From positions 1 through 16,200 of the forward strand of contig CAZUFC010000052.1 of the NCBI GenBank assembly GCA_964619725.1: DNA of 16,200 bases, given 5' to 3'. Under the pieces are notes generated by a model. It had not been told where the DNA came from and did not search any database. It saw only the letters and a list, made by a program, of their open reading frames with translations. This DNA comes from an uncultured bacterium (GTDB lineage Bacteria > CSSED10-310 > CAZUFC01). Below are positions 1 to 8,933 of the stretch, piece after piece (the first letter of the stretch is position 1; the number at the start of each line of letters is the position of its first letter). The translations under genes and the position numbers were made by a program.

Positions 1-35
1 ATTTGATCGATGCAAAGTAATGGGATGCAGTTGAA

Positions 36-1325
36 ATGATCAAACAAAAAGCAGTATTGGGAGTAATTGGAATATCAGTCATCGTAACGCTGTTCATAAT
101 AGGTTACGCAATATCAAAAAAAGATGGTCGCCGGGAACTCAGCGCCGAAGAAATGGAGTTGATAACCAGTTTGGGGTATGCTGACGAGGTAGGAAGGGTA
201 GTAACCGACAATGCGGTCGGATTGACTGTATTCGACAAGGATCGCGTCTGTCCCGGATTGACGTTGATCGTATATGGAGCGAGCCGGGATACGGTTTTGC
301 TGGATAATTCAGGAAAAATTCTGCACAGATGGAATTTTAAGGATTACGGAAAGCTGAATTTAGACGTCAACGATGAGAATACGCTTTCAAGACTCTATTG
401 GCGTGATGTAGAGTTATTGCCTGACGGAGGAGCGATCGCTATTTTCGATTATCTGGGCATAATGAGGTTGACGGCTGAATCAGAATTGATGTGGTGGAAT
501 GAGAACAAGTCTCATCATGATATATGGATAAATGATGACGGCAGCTTACTCACGCTGACCGCCCATAAAGAAATAATTCCGATTTTAGACCCGGAAGGTG
601 AAGTGGTCGAAGATTATCTGTCATTTATAGATATCGAAAACGGAGTTGAATTCAGGCGTATTTCAATGATCGATTGTTTTCTTAATTCGGAATACAGGCA
701 TATCCTGCTGAACGATCATTATTTGGACCTTGTGATCAGCGAATGGGACAGGGACATACTTCATACCAACTCGGTTTTTCCGTTGGATGAGACCTTTCCC
801 GGAAACGCCCCGGTTTTCCGCGAGGGCAATATATTGGTTTCCATGAGGAATCTGAGTGCATTGGCGGTTGTGGACCCGGAGGAAGAGCGGATAGTGTGGG
901 CTAAACAACTGGATTGGGGGACGTTCCAGCACAAAGCATCATTGTTGCCGGGAAAGAGAATACTGTTTTTCGACAACAGCAGTTTAATATTTTCAAGTTC
1001 CAGGGGTATGGAGGCGTCCAGGGTGATCGAATTTGATACCGTTGAAGAGAAGGTCGCGTGGACTTACATTTCAGACCCTCCGACGGATTTTTTCTCCCGG
1101 CATGCGGGTTCATGTTGCAGGTTATGGAACGGCAATACGTTTATCGTTGAAAGCGAAGGCGGACGAATTTTTGAAACCGGCACGGACAGAGAAATCGTTT
1201 GGGAGTATATTACCGATCAGACAGATGTGATTGACGGTGAGATCAGAAAAGCTTACATATGCGAGGGCAGTAAATATCCCGTGGATTATTTTGATGCTGA
1301 ATTTCGGAGCAAACTTGGAAAGTAG
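36..1325 (+). CDS. Arylsulfotransferase (ASST)-family beta-propeller protein with N-terminal membrane anchor
   Basis: 429-aa ORF; hydrophobic N-terminal segment (aa ~6-26). ASST-type motifs in order: SHHDI, DILHTNSV, GNILVSMRNLS, FQH...ILFFDN, FFS..AGS..RLWNGNTFIVES..GRIFE....EIVWEY. Confidence 0.85.
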   Translation: MIKQKAVLGVIGISVIVTLFIIGYAISKKDGRRELSAEEMELITSLGYADEVGRVVTDNAVGLTVFDKDRVCPGLTLIVYGASRDTVLLDNSGKILHRWNFKDYGKLNLDVNDENTLSRLYWRDVELLPDGGAIAIFDYLGIMRLTAESELMWWNENKSHHDIWINDDGSLLTLTAHKEIIPILDPEGEVVEDYLSFIDIENGVEFRRISMIDCFLNSEYRHILLNDHYLDLVISEWDRDILHTNSVFPLDETFPGNAPVFREGNILVSMRNLSALAVVDPEEERIVWAKQLDWGTFQHKASLLPGKRILFFDNSSLIFSSSRGMEASRVIEFDTVEEKVAWTYISDPPTDFFSRHAGSCCRLWNGNTFIVESEGGRIFETGTDREIVWEYITDQTDVIDGEIRKAYICEGSKYPVDYFDAEFRSKLGK

Positions 1326-1489
1326 ATGTTGATTCTGAGGGTGAACTTTCCGCCTGCTGATGAAAGACAGAAATTTGTATCTTTCTGCTGGTATCTTTAT
1401 CATAGGAAAGCGCCTCTCCGGCTGTCCCCTAAAAGGGTTGCAGGGGCGGGACGCGAGCACGGCAAGAATTTTGACAGAGGAACCATACG

Positions 1490-3052
1490 ATGAAACATAT
1501 GCTTGGATTTTTAATATTGTTTTCTGTGTTGATGTCGGCGACGGGTTGCGGCAAGGGCGTTCGCGAGGGACATCAGGTATTCGTTCTGGGGTTGGACGGA
1601 GCGGATTTTCGTTTGATTGATCCCTGGCTGCGCAACGGGGATTTGCCGAATTTAAAGAGCGTGATGGATTCAGGCAGCTCCGGGATGCTGAAGTCCACAA
1701 TACCGGCGATATCGCCTGCTGCCTGGACGTCGGCCATAACGGGAAAGAATCCGGGCAAGCACGGCATTTTCGATTTTTTCTACCGGAAGCCGGGAACTAT
1801 GGAATCGGCTGTGACGACCTCAATGAACAACAGCGAGAAGACGATTTTTGAGATAGCCGGAGATTACGGCAAAAAAACGATTTCAGCCAATATTCCACTG
1901 ACTTATCCGCCGCGGACGATCAAAAACGGCATCCAGATATCGGGCATACCCAGACCTGATTCAGGCTTTGTCTATCCGCCGGAAATGGAATCAGAAATTC
2001 TGCATCAGGGTTACAAAAACGACCTGTTTGATGCGCATCCTCAACCGGGAACGGAAGAAACCTATCTTGATGCGGCTCGTGCCGTAAGACAAAGCCGAAT
2101 CGATTTCGCTCTGCCGATATTGAAAAAAGGCGATTGGGACCTTTTCTGGCTGACGCTCATGGGAACGGACGTAATGGAGCATTATTACTGGAAATACATG
2201 GACCCGGAGCATCCCGAATATGATCCTGATGCGCCGGAAAAGTTGAAAAACGCGCTGCATGATTTCTGGATCGAAACGGATAAAGCGGTGGGACTGATGC
2301 GCGATGCCCTACCGGAAGGGACGATATTCGTGATAATGTCGGATCATGGAATGGCTCCTGTGTACCGGGAGTTTCGCGTTTCCGACTGGCTTGTTGAAAA
2401 CGGTTATCTGGGGATCGATCCCCGGAAGATTAAAGCCTACCCCTTCTTTTCCGTTGGCGGAAATATCTTTATTTATCTTAAAGGACGAGAACCCAACGGC
2501 GTTATCGAACCGGGAGAAGAATACCGGCGTCTGACCAGAGAAATTGCCGACAAGCTGAAGCAAACCAGAAACCCGCAGACCGGCGAAGCTGTCGTTCAGG
2601 ATATATTTTTGAAGGACGAACTGTTCAGTGGAACTCATCTGGATGCAGCTCCCGACATAGCGTTTACGGCTGTGCCCGGTTATTTCGTCTGTCGCGGAGA
2701 ATTCCGCACCAAAAACCTGGAAATTTTCGGACCGCTTTCCATGGTTTTCGAAGCTTATCACAGGCCGGAAGGCATACTGGCCATCAGCGGCGATCCCGTT
2801 AAATCCGGATACCGCTTCGCCGAAAGTTCCATTTACGACGTAACTCCAACCATCATGCACCTGATGGGATTGCCCGTGCACAAAGATATGGACGGCGGCG
2901 TGCTGGAAGAATTGCTTCAGGAATATTACGTGAAAGCGCATCCCGTTGCCTTCAAAGAGGTGAAAAAGAAGGATAAAAAGCCCCCGGAACTTGAGCCGGA
3001 ATTATCGGAAGAATTTTTGGAGAAGATGAAATCGCTCTCCTACGTGCAGTAG
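1490..3052 (+). CDS. Alkaline phosphatase superfamily protein (type I phosphodiesterase/nucleotide pyrophosphatase-like), probable lipoprotein
   Basis: 520-aa ORF; GAGG RBS upstream; signal peptide ending in lipobox-like SATG-C. Motifs VFVLGLDGA, STIPAISPAAWTSAITGKNPGKHGIFDF (nucleophile region), TDVMEH, MSDHG, YHRPEG, DVTPTIMHLMG, and the C-terminal EKMKSLSY helix. Confidence 0.9.
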   Translation: MKHMLGFLILFSVLMSATGCGKGVREGHQVFVLGLDGADFRLIDPWLRNGDLPNLKSVMDSGSSGMLKSTIPAISPAAWTSAITGKNPGKHGIFDFFYRKPGTMESAVTTSMNNSEKTIFEIAGDYGKKTISANIPLTYPPRTIKNGIQISGIPRPDSGFVYPPEMESEILHQGYKNDLFDAHPQPGTEETYLDAARAVRQSRIDFALPILKKGDWDLFWLTLMGTDVMEHYYWKYMDPEHPEYDPDAPEKLKNALHDFWIETDKAVGLMRDALPEGTIFVIMSDHGMAPVYREFRVSDWLVENGYLGIDPRKIKAYPFFSVGGNIFIYLKGREPNGVIEPGEEYRRLTREIADKLKQTRNPQTGEAVVQDIFLKDELFSGTHLDAAPDIAFTAVPGYFVCRGEFRTKNLEIFGPLSMVFEAYHRPEGILAISGDPVKSGYRFAESSIYDVTPTIMHLMGLPVHKDMDGGVLEELLQEYYVKAHPVAFKEVKKKDKKPPELEPELSEEFLEKMKSLSYVQ

Positions 3053-3093
3053 ATTCCGATCCGGGAAAAGATGTGAAATGCCTGCTCTTGTGA

Positions 3094-3438
3094 TGGTTCA
3101 TTCGGAGCGGTGACTGCATTTTGCGTGTTCGGGTAGTAATATTAGCCGGGAAGTCCGCGCATAACGATATCTGTTTTGCCCTCTTCATCCCAGTCGCCGC
3201 CGTCGATCTTGATATGAGTTTCGACTTCCACGTATCCGTAACCGGCTTCCAGACGTCCTTCACTGATGAGGTGGGCTTCTCGCGGAGAGACGTAATTGAT
3301 GAATTTTTAGACGAAACCGTTATTGCTGTGAGCGCTGACGACCAGGTCCGGGTCGCCGTCTTTTTCGTAATCCCATATTTTGGGACAGGGCAACTCAATA
3401 TCTTCTCCGACTATCCCGAAAGGATCGGGCAGCGGAGC
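3094..3438 (-). pseudogene. Decayed FG-GAP/VCBS-repeat protein fragment
   Basis: Hand translation of the minus frame antisense to ORF 3121..3468 gives ...LPCPKIWDYEKDGDPDLVVSAHSNNGFV*KFINY...HIKIDGGDWDEEGKTDIVMRGLPG*YYPNTQNAVTAPNEP. Two DxDxDGxxD-like loops; in-frame TAA at 3307-3309 and 3142-3144; further stops upstream at 3439-3441 and 3445-3447. Confidence 0.6.
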
Positions 3439-3695
3439 TCAAGATTAAGCGACCAAAGGGACTGGTGAGAATTGAAAAGGCTCGTCCGTTTTTTGCGAGA
3501 TGATGGAAATCTGGAATGATGGACAGCCGGCTGATGAACTGACGTATAATCCGTACTTCACACCCCAGATGGATCAGGACAGGCTGCAGGGGCTTTTCAT
3601 GAATCCCCAACCTCGGCGTCCTGCGTATTACACATCCTTGCATGCTTCCACTATGCCGCCGGATCGGACGAGAGATTCGAGTTTATGGACAGGCA

Positions 3696-5060
3696 CTATC
3701 TACCGTCTTTGACGGTAAAAATAGGCACCAGTCCTCCTCCTGCAGAGATATTGATGACGGAGGAGTCCGACAAACGGACGAAACCGCCTGCCACCTGTCC
3801 GTCGTATACGTAGAAATTGGTGTTGACTTTTTTAGGCTGCCAGGTCAGTTTGCCGTTTTCGTCCGCCACAGGCATATCGATTTCGGGTATGGGACAGTAT
3901 TCCTGAACGACGCAACGTTTATTTACAGTGTCTTTCAGGTAGGCATCCCATTCCTCCTGGGTCGCATCTTCGCCGATGATGACGTCTTTTCCTCCCAGTT
4001 CATCAATGGGTTTCATTATGAGGGTATCTTTATTGGTGCTGGTGAATTCATAGAGATCGACCGGTTTGCCCTTGTATTCGGTTTTGCTTTGTTCCAGATA
4101 ACGTGTCCAGGGGATGTGGTCTCTTATCACTTTTCTTTCAAATTCATCGAAGAGTTTCTGCATACGTTCTTCCTGGATCACGGCCAGCAGGTGTTTATTG
4201 TCGCAGAGTTTGCAGCGCATGGCGTTCACTACGCACACTTTGCCGTCCTGGCACGCCTTGATCAAAGGCTTAATTTCATCCATATGATCGGTCCAGTCTC
4301 TTCCCCATCCCCTGCGCAGAATAGTGTTGACCTTGTGATCCTTGTAATGCAGGTCTTTTCCGTTGTATTCCAGGTCTCTGGGGTCGCATACGATCGCCGG
4401 ATAACCCCTTTCCTTGGCAAACCTGGCGATCATATGAAATTCCGTTATCGTCGATGATTCTCTGCCTCCCACTATGGCGATGCGCGGAACGTCGGAACCG
4501 CCGAATTCATAATAACTCGTGATTAAAAGCGTCAGGTCCTGAGGTAAAAGTATATCACGCCCCAGATCATATTTCTGCTTGGTCCTTTTCATCACTTCTC
4601 TATTTTCCAGAAGTTCGACCTGCGTATCCGTGTAGGCGGCTCCTCCGGGAGAATCGCAATTGAATTCGATGTATTTCAGTTCCGTTTCAGTGGCGAAGGC
4701 ATCCAGCCGGCAACGTTTGACCTTGCGCAGCAGGTGGGTCGGAATATTGACTAAAAAATCTTCTTCCGGCGTCAGTTTATAAATGTCTTTATACTCATCC
4801 CCCTGAAAATACAGATCGCCTACCTTTTCCATCAACGACAGTATGGCGGCGCTGGCCTTGTTGATGTACATCCGCCGTTCCGCTGAAAAAAAGAACGGTT
4901 TCAAAAATGTGGGTATCGGCTTATCGTATATCCTTAATCCCTTCTGTAGAAACTGTTCATTCAATTCAGCCGTTTCCTTGTGAACCGGATAACCCGTTTT
5001 GTCCAACTCTTCAATCAGTTCATTAAAATCAGCATTGATCTTTTCGATTATTTCCGTCAT
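3696..5060 (-). CDS. Circularly permuted ATP-grasp (type 2) / glutathionylspermidine synthetase-like ligase
   Basis: 454-aa ORF with strong RBS (GGAAAGGAG). Motifs RLD...IEFNCDSPGG, DPRDLEY, NK, IPWTR, KPIDELGGKDVIIG, VVQEY, INISAGGG. Confidence 0.85.
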   Translation of the reverse strand: MTEIIEKINADFNELIEELDKTGYPVHKETAELNEQFLQKGLRIYDKPIPTFLKPFFFSAERRMYINKASAAILSLMEKVGDLYFQGDEYKDIYKLTPEEDFLVNIPTHLLRKVKRCRLDAFATETELKYIEFNCDSPGGAAYTDTQVELLENREVMKRTKQKYDLGRDILLPQDLTLLITSYYEFGGSDVPRIAIVGGRESSTITEFHMIARFAKERGYPAIVCDPRDLEYNGKDLHYKDHKVNTILRRGWGRDWTDHMDEIKPLIKACQDGKVCVVNAMRCKLCDNKHLLAVIQEERMQKLFDEFERKVIRDHIPWTRYLEQSKTEYKGKPVDLYEFTSTNKDTLIMKPIDELGGKDVIIGEDATQEEWDAYLKDTVNKRCVVQEYCPIPEIDMPVADENGKLTWQPKKVNTNFYVYDGQVAGGFVRLSDSSVINISAGGGLVPIFTVKDGR

Positions 5061-5236
5061 TGATTTCTGGTCTCCTTTCCTGCGGATAAAAAATGAAAAA
5101 CTTGCCTGATATTAACACAAGTGTAACGCTGCGCCAAAGGTAAGTTTGACTCTTCGGAAAAGCATGATGAAAATGACCAGGCGAATATTCCTGGGAGTCA
5201 GGCCAGGGGCGTGCATTCTGCCGCAGGCGTTTCCGA

Positions 5237-5263
5237 AGGGCTCTGACCCCATTCCAAGAGCCC
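5237..5263. repeat. Single REP-like hairpin related to the repeats at 16064-16200
   Basis: AGGGCTCTGACCCC (5237-5250) is identical to part of the second terminal repeat unit; stem GGGCTCT (5238-5244) / AGAGCCC (5257-5263); intergenic. Confidence 0.55.
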
Positions 5264-5327
5264 GTCGCAGAAGGATTTCGGGTGTCGTTACCGGTTCAGG
5301 GGTGTTTTTGATAGGGGTGAAGGTTGA

Positions 5328-8012
5328 TCAGAGTTTTTTATCTGCATCTACGAGGGAGTCGTCTGATCCTGCGTCCAGCTCGAATTTTCTTTTTTCGAAG
5401 AGGGATATCATGCGGGGATTATCTGTTGTGGTTTGAGCCACGACGAGTTCCAGACCCCAATCTTTAGCGATTTCTATGCAATAGTCGGTAAGGATGCCGC
5501 CCAGTCCTTTATTTTGCCATTCGTCTGTGATGAGGACCGCGTATTCTCCTGTTTTCATGTCGGGAGCGCCGACCAGTCTTCCTACGCCCAAGAGTTTACG
5601 TTCGTCATTTCGGTTCAGTTCAGCCACTATGGCCATTTCACGATCATAATCTATGAAGCAGTATCTCACCGCTACCTCGTGCGATGCCCAATGAAACATG
5701 TAACGGAAACGCATATAGATAGATTCGCGGGAACAGCTTCCCAGCATATCCATCCACAGAGGTTCATCTTCAGGTTTAATGGGACGCAGGGTGACTTCTG
5801 TTCCGTCCTTCAGGACGGCGCTGCGTATATATTCTTCGGGATAGGGCCTCAGTGCGAGGTGAGCATAAGGTCTGACTTCCGAAAATTTAATTTCGGGATC
5901 GATTATTATGCGGGCGTCAAGCGCTATCACTCCGTCCGGAGAGACCAGCAGAGGATTGATGTCCAATTCTTTAATCTCAGGATAATCGGCCGCTATGTAA
6001 GACAGTCTCATCATGGTTTCCAGCAGCTTATCAATATCAGCTTTGGGCCGGCCGCGATATCCGTTCAGCAGGGGCCAGGCTTTGAGCGATTCCAGCATGC
6101 GCATTGCCAGTCGCTCGTTCAAGGGCGGGAAACCCAGCGCCCGGTCTCTGAACACTTCCGCTCCCGTGCCCCCAAGCCCCACCATAATCACCGCTCCGAA
6201 TACCGGATCGCTTTTGGCGCCCAGTATCAGCTCCGTCGAATGCTTATGCCTCACCATTTTCTGAACGGTGACTCCTTCAATTTCCGATTCAGGATGCCTG
6301 GTTCCCGCTTGCTCCATGATATCGCGGAAACCGTTGTGAACCATCGCCTCATTCTGAATGTTCAATTTAACGCCGCCTATATCCGATTTATGAGTAATTT
6401 TCTCCGACCATATTTTCAATGCCACGGGATATCCGATTTTTTCCGCTATCTCCACGGCTTCTTCCGCAGTTTTCGCGGGTTGAGGCATTGTCGCCGATAT
6501 CCCGTAATCGTTCAGCAGCTTTTTCGATGTTCTTTCGTCCAGGATTGATGAACCGCCGCAAATGATGTTCTGGAAATCCTTCCTTATCTGTTTTCGATCC
6601 AGTGAAAATTCGACCGGCATCTCTTTCGGCGTTTCGTAGATGATCTCCAGGTTTCGGGAATAGGAGACCAACGACATGAATGCCCTGACGGCCTGTTCCG
6701 GCGTATCATACGCTGCTGCTCCCGCATCGCTGAGTATCCGGACGCCTTCCTGCATGCTTTGTCCGCCGACCCAGGCGGCCAGAACAGGTTTTCTGGTCGT
6801 TTCCGCGAGTTCACTTACCGCTTTGGCCGCTGATGTAGGATTAGTCATCGCCTGCGGAGTCAGAATAACCAGGACCGCATCGACTCCCTTGTCGTTCAGA
6901 ACGGTCTTGACGGCCTTGGTTATCCGTTTGGAACGGGCGTCCCCCAGGACGTCCACGGGATTACCATGCGACCAGAAAGGCGGAAGGAACTCGTCTAAAT
7001 TCTTTATCGTTTCTTCCGATAATTCAGCCAGAATTCCCTCATTCGCAATCAAGGCATCCGTCGCCATTACGCCAGGTCCGCCCGCATTGGTCACTATTCC
7101 CAAGCGAGCCCCTCTCGGCAGTTTGCCCCTTCCGATCAGTTCCGCAACATCGAATATTTCGCCGATATTGAAAACCCGAACTATGCCCGCTCGCTGAAAC
7201 GCCGCACGGTATACCGCATCCTCTGCAGCCATCGCTCCCGTATGTGATGCCGCCGCTTCCGCCGATTCAGGAAAACGCCCAGCCTTGAATGCCACAATCG
7301 GTTTGGTGCGAGCAAAAGCACGGGCCGCTGTCATGAATTTACGCGCATTTTTGATCGACTCTATATATAAAATAATCGATTCAGTGGATTCGTCTTCTCC
7401 AAAATAATCGATTAAATCAGCAAAATCCACGTCAACACTGTTCCCAATCGATACGAAATAAGAAAAACCGATCTTCTCTCCCTGAGCCCAATCCAGGATC
7501 GAAGTTCCAAGGGCTCCCGATTGCGATATAAAAGCTACATGACCGCTTTTGGGTACAGCATTGGCGAACGTCGCATTCAAGTTTAATCCGGGAACAACTA
7601 TGCCCAGACAATTGGGGCCTATTATCCGCATATCTTTAAATGCCGAGGCTTCCTTTTTTACTCGCCGCTCCAGCTCCAACCCATCAGGTCCGATCTCCTT
7701 GAATCCGGCCGATATGATGATAATCCCCATTATGCCTGCCTCGCCGCATTCCCTGACGACTTCAGGAACCTGAGATGCAGGCGTGCAAACCACGGCCAGG
7801 TCCGGCGTCTTCGGCAAACTCCGGACGTCCGGAAAACAGGATATGCCCAGCACCGCCTCACAGGATGGATTCACAGGATACACCACGCCGCGGAATCCGG
7901 CGCCGATTAAATTTCTCAATACCGTCCCCCCGACGCTCTTCGGATTCCGGGTTACCCCTATTACCGCGATGCGCTTTGGTTTAAAAATACCATCAAGATT
8001 GTGTATATCCAT
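5328..8012 (-). CDS. pat: Bifunctional acetate--CoA ligase (ADP-forming)-like / GNAT N-acetyltransferase (Pat/YfiQ-type protein lysine acetyltransferase)
   Basis: 894 aa. CoA-binding domain (IAVIG, YPVNP, GPNCLG); ligase domain (SQSGA, SHTG, TNAGGPGV, NPVDVLGDA); ATP-grasp (GYPVALK, HKSDIGGV, DINPL, ALDARI); C-terminal GNAT (RPIKPED, GEYAVLI, WQNKGLG). RBS (GAGGA) upstream. Confidence 0.93.
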   Translation of the reverse strand: MDIHNLDGIFKPKRIAVIGVTRNPKSVGGTVLRNLIGAGFRGVVYPVNPSCEAVLGISCFPDVRSLPKTPDLAVVCTPASQVPEVVRECGEAGIMGIIIISAGFKEIGPDGLELERRVKKEASAFKDMRIIGPNCLGIVVPGLNLNATFANAVPKSGHVAFISQSGALGTSILDWAQGEKIGFSYFVSIGNSVDVDFADLIDYFGEDESTESIILYIESIKNARKFMTAARAFARTKPIVAFKAGRFPESAEAAASHTGAMAAEDAVYRAAFQRAGIVRVFNIGEIFDVAELIGRGKLPRGARLGIVTNAGGPGVMATDALIANEGILAELSEETIKNLDEFLPPFWSHGNPVDVLGDARSKRITKAVKTVLNDKGVDAVLVILTPQAMTNPTSAAKAVSELAETTRKPVLAAWVGGQSMQEGVRILSDAGAAAYDTPEQAVRAFMSLVSYSRNLEIIYETPKEMPVEFSLDRKQIRKDFQNIICGGSSILDERTSKKLLNDYGISATMPQPAKTAEEAVEIAEKIGYPVALKIWSEKITHKSDIGGVKLNIQNEAMVHNGFRDIMEQAGTRHPESEIEGVTVQKMVRHKHSTELILGAKSDPVFGAVIMVGLGGTGAEVFRDRALGFPPLNERLAMRMLESLKAWPLLNGYRGRPKADIDKLLETMMRLSYIAADYPEIKELDINPLLVSPDGVIALDARIIIDPEIKFSEVRPYAHLALRPYPEEYIRSAVLKDGTEVTLRPIKPEDEPLWMDMLGSCSRESIYMRFRYMFHWASHEVAVRYCFIDYDREMAIVAELNRNDERKLLGVGRLVGAPDMKTGEYAVLITDEWQNKGLGGILTDYCIEIAKDWGLELVVAQTTTDNPRMISLFEKRKFELDAGSDDSLVDADKKL

Positions 8013-8413
8013 TTGTCCTCACCTTCGTAAATGAAAAAGCGAACTAAGTTTCCCGCTCCTTCGACTCACAAATGATATTAAATATGAAAAGAAAGCTTTG
8101 CAAGAGCGAATCCCCAGGAATGAAAAACAAAGGCTTTCGATGCGAACAAAGCCCTGCGTCGACAATGTGCAATAAATCTTCCGAAACATGCGTCACTTTT
8201 TCACTGTTAATGAACTACACATCTCCTGACATTGACAGATAAAAAATTAAAGTCAAGCCGGGATTCCCGCCCCTTATCTCATATATCGCCCGGACCTGCC
8301 CTTTCCTTCCGGCAGAATTTATATTTTTTACCGGCGAATTTTCATGTTCGCAGGCAGCCGGTTTTTCAGCAGCTCCAATGATTACTCGAAATTCAGGCGA
8401 TGATCGGAATACT

Positions 8414-8743
8414 CTAATGTCTGCCGGCCTGAGTGTCTATTTCATCTTCATGATTCCCGGTTGATTCAGCGTGTTGGATTTGGGGCGGTTCGAGCGGGTC
8501 CCAATGATTTTCGGGCAATTCATATTTGTGACCCAGAAAGTCGTTGAACTCTTCCAGGACGGTAACTCTTTGACGCACGTATGAATCGGGGACTGTGCCC
8601 AATCCTTTGGCTTTGACGTCGCCGGTGAGATATTGTATGGAATCTGTTTTTTTCAGTTCTGCGGTTTTTTTTGCGCCGGCGCCGGAAATGGGGTCGGCCA
8701 GTCCCAGCGTTTTTTTCAGCAGTCCAAGTCCGGGAAGTCTCAT
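8414..8743 (-). CDS. Hypothetical protein (109 aa)
   Basis: ATG with GGAG RBS upstream; fills the gap between pat and the PilZ gene; no recognisable domain. Confidence 0.6.
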   Translation of the reverse strand: MRLPGLGLLKKTLGLADPISGAGAKKTAELKKTDSIQYLTGDVKAKGLGTVPDSYVRQRVTVLEEFNDFLGHKYELPENHWDPLEPPQIQHAESTGNHEDEIDTQAGRH

Positions 8744-8812
8744 GATACACTCTCCATTTTTTGTATAGCATCAGGAAGCGTTTCGGTCAATCATCGCCGG
8801 CTTCCTTAACTG

Positions 8813-8840
8813 TTATCGGACGGAGGGCGTTTTTTGTTCA
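8813..8840 (-). promoter_or_regulatory. Possible sigma-28 (FliA/SigD)-type promoter for the 109-aa gene
   Basis: Minus strand reads TGAA-N16-TCCGATAA versus consensus TAAA-N15-GCCGATAA; about 70 nt upstream of the start codon. Confidence 0.3.
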
Positions 8841-8933
8841 CTGAAAGCGGAAAAAAAGTGTCGGCGGCATTGCTTTTAAAAATTAAATCCTTATATAGAG
8901 AAGTGTTGACTGGGAACGCTATGTTCCAGCAGG

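Noticed and set aside
3121-3468. 115-aa + strand ORF, and minus ORF 2952..3398
   Set aside because: These are antisense and off-frame shadows of the FG-GAP pseudogene frame; no domain signal.
3500-3712. 70-aa + strand ORF (MMEIWNDGQ...)
   Set aside because: Composition is somewhat protein-like, but there is no RBS or recognisable motif, and it overlaps the end of the ATP-grasp gene; it cannot be supported.
5433-6548. Long antisense ORFs (also 3642..4457, 10969..11712, 2309..2941)
   Set aside because: They lie opposite well-supported genes and have typical antisense-shadow composition.
8232-8256. TTGAC-N15-GTCAA inverted repeat upstream of pat
   Set aside because: Arms are only 5 bp, there is no properly spaced -10 on either strand, and it matches no operator I recognise.
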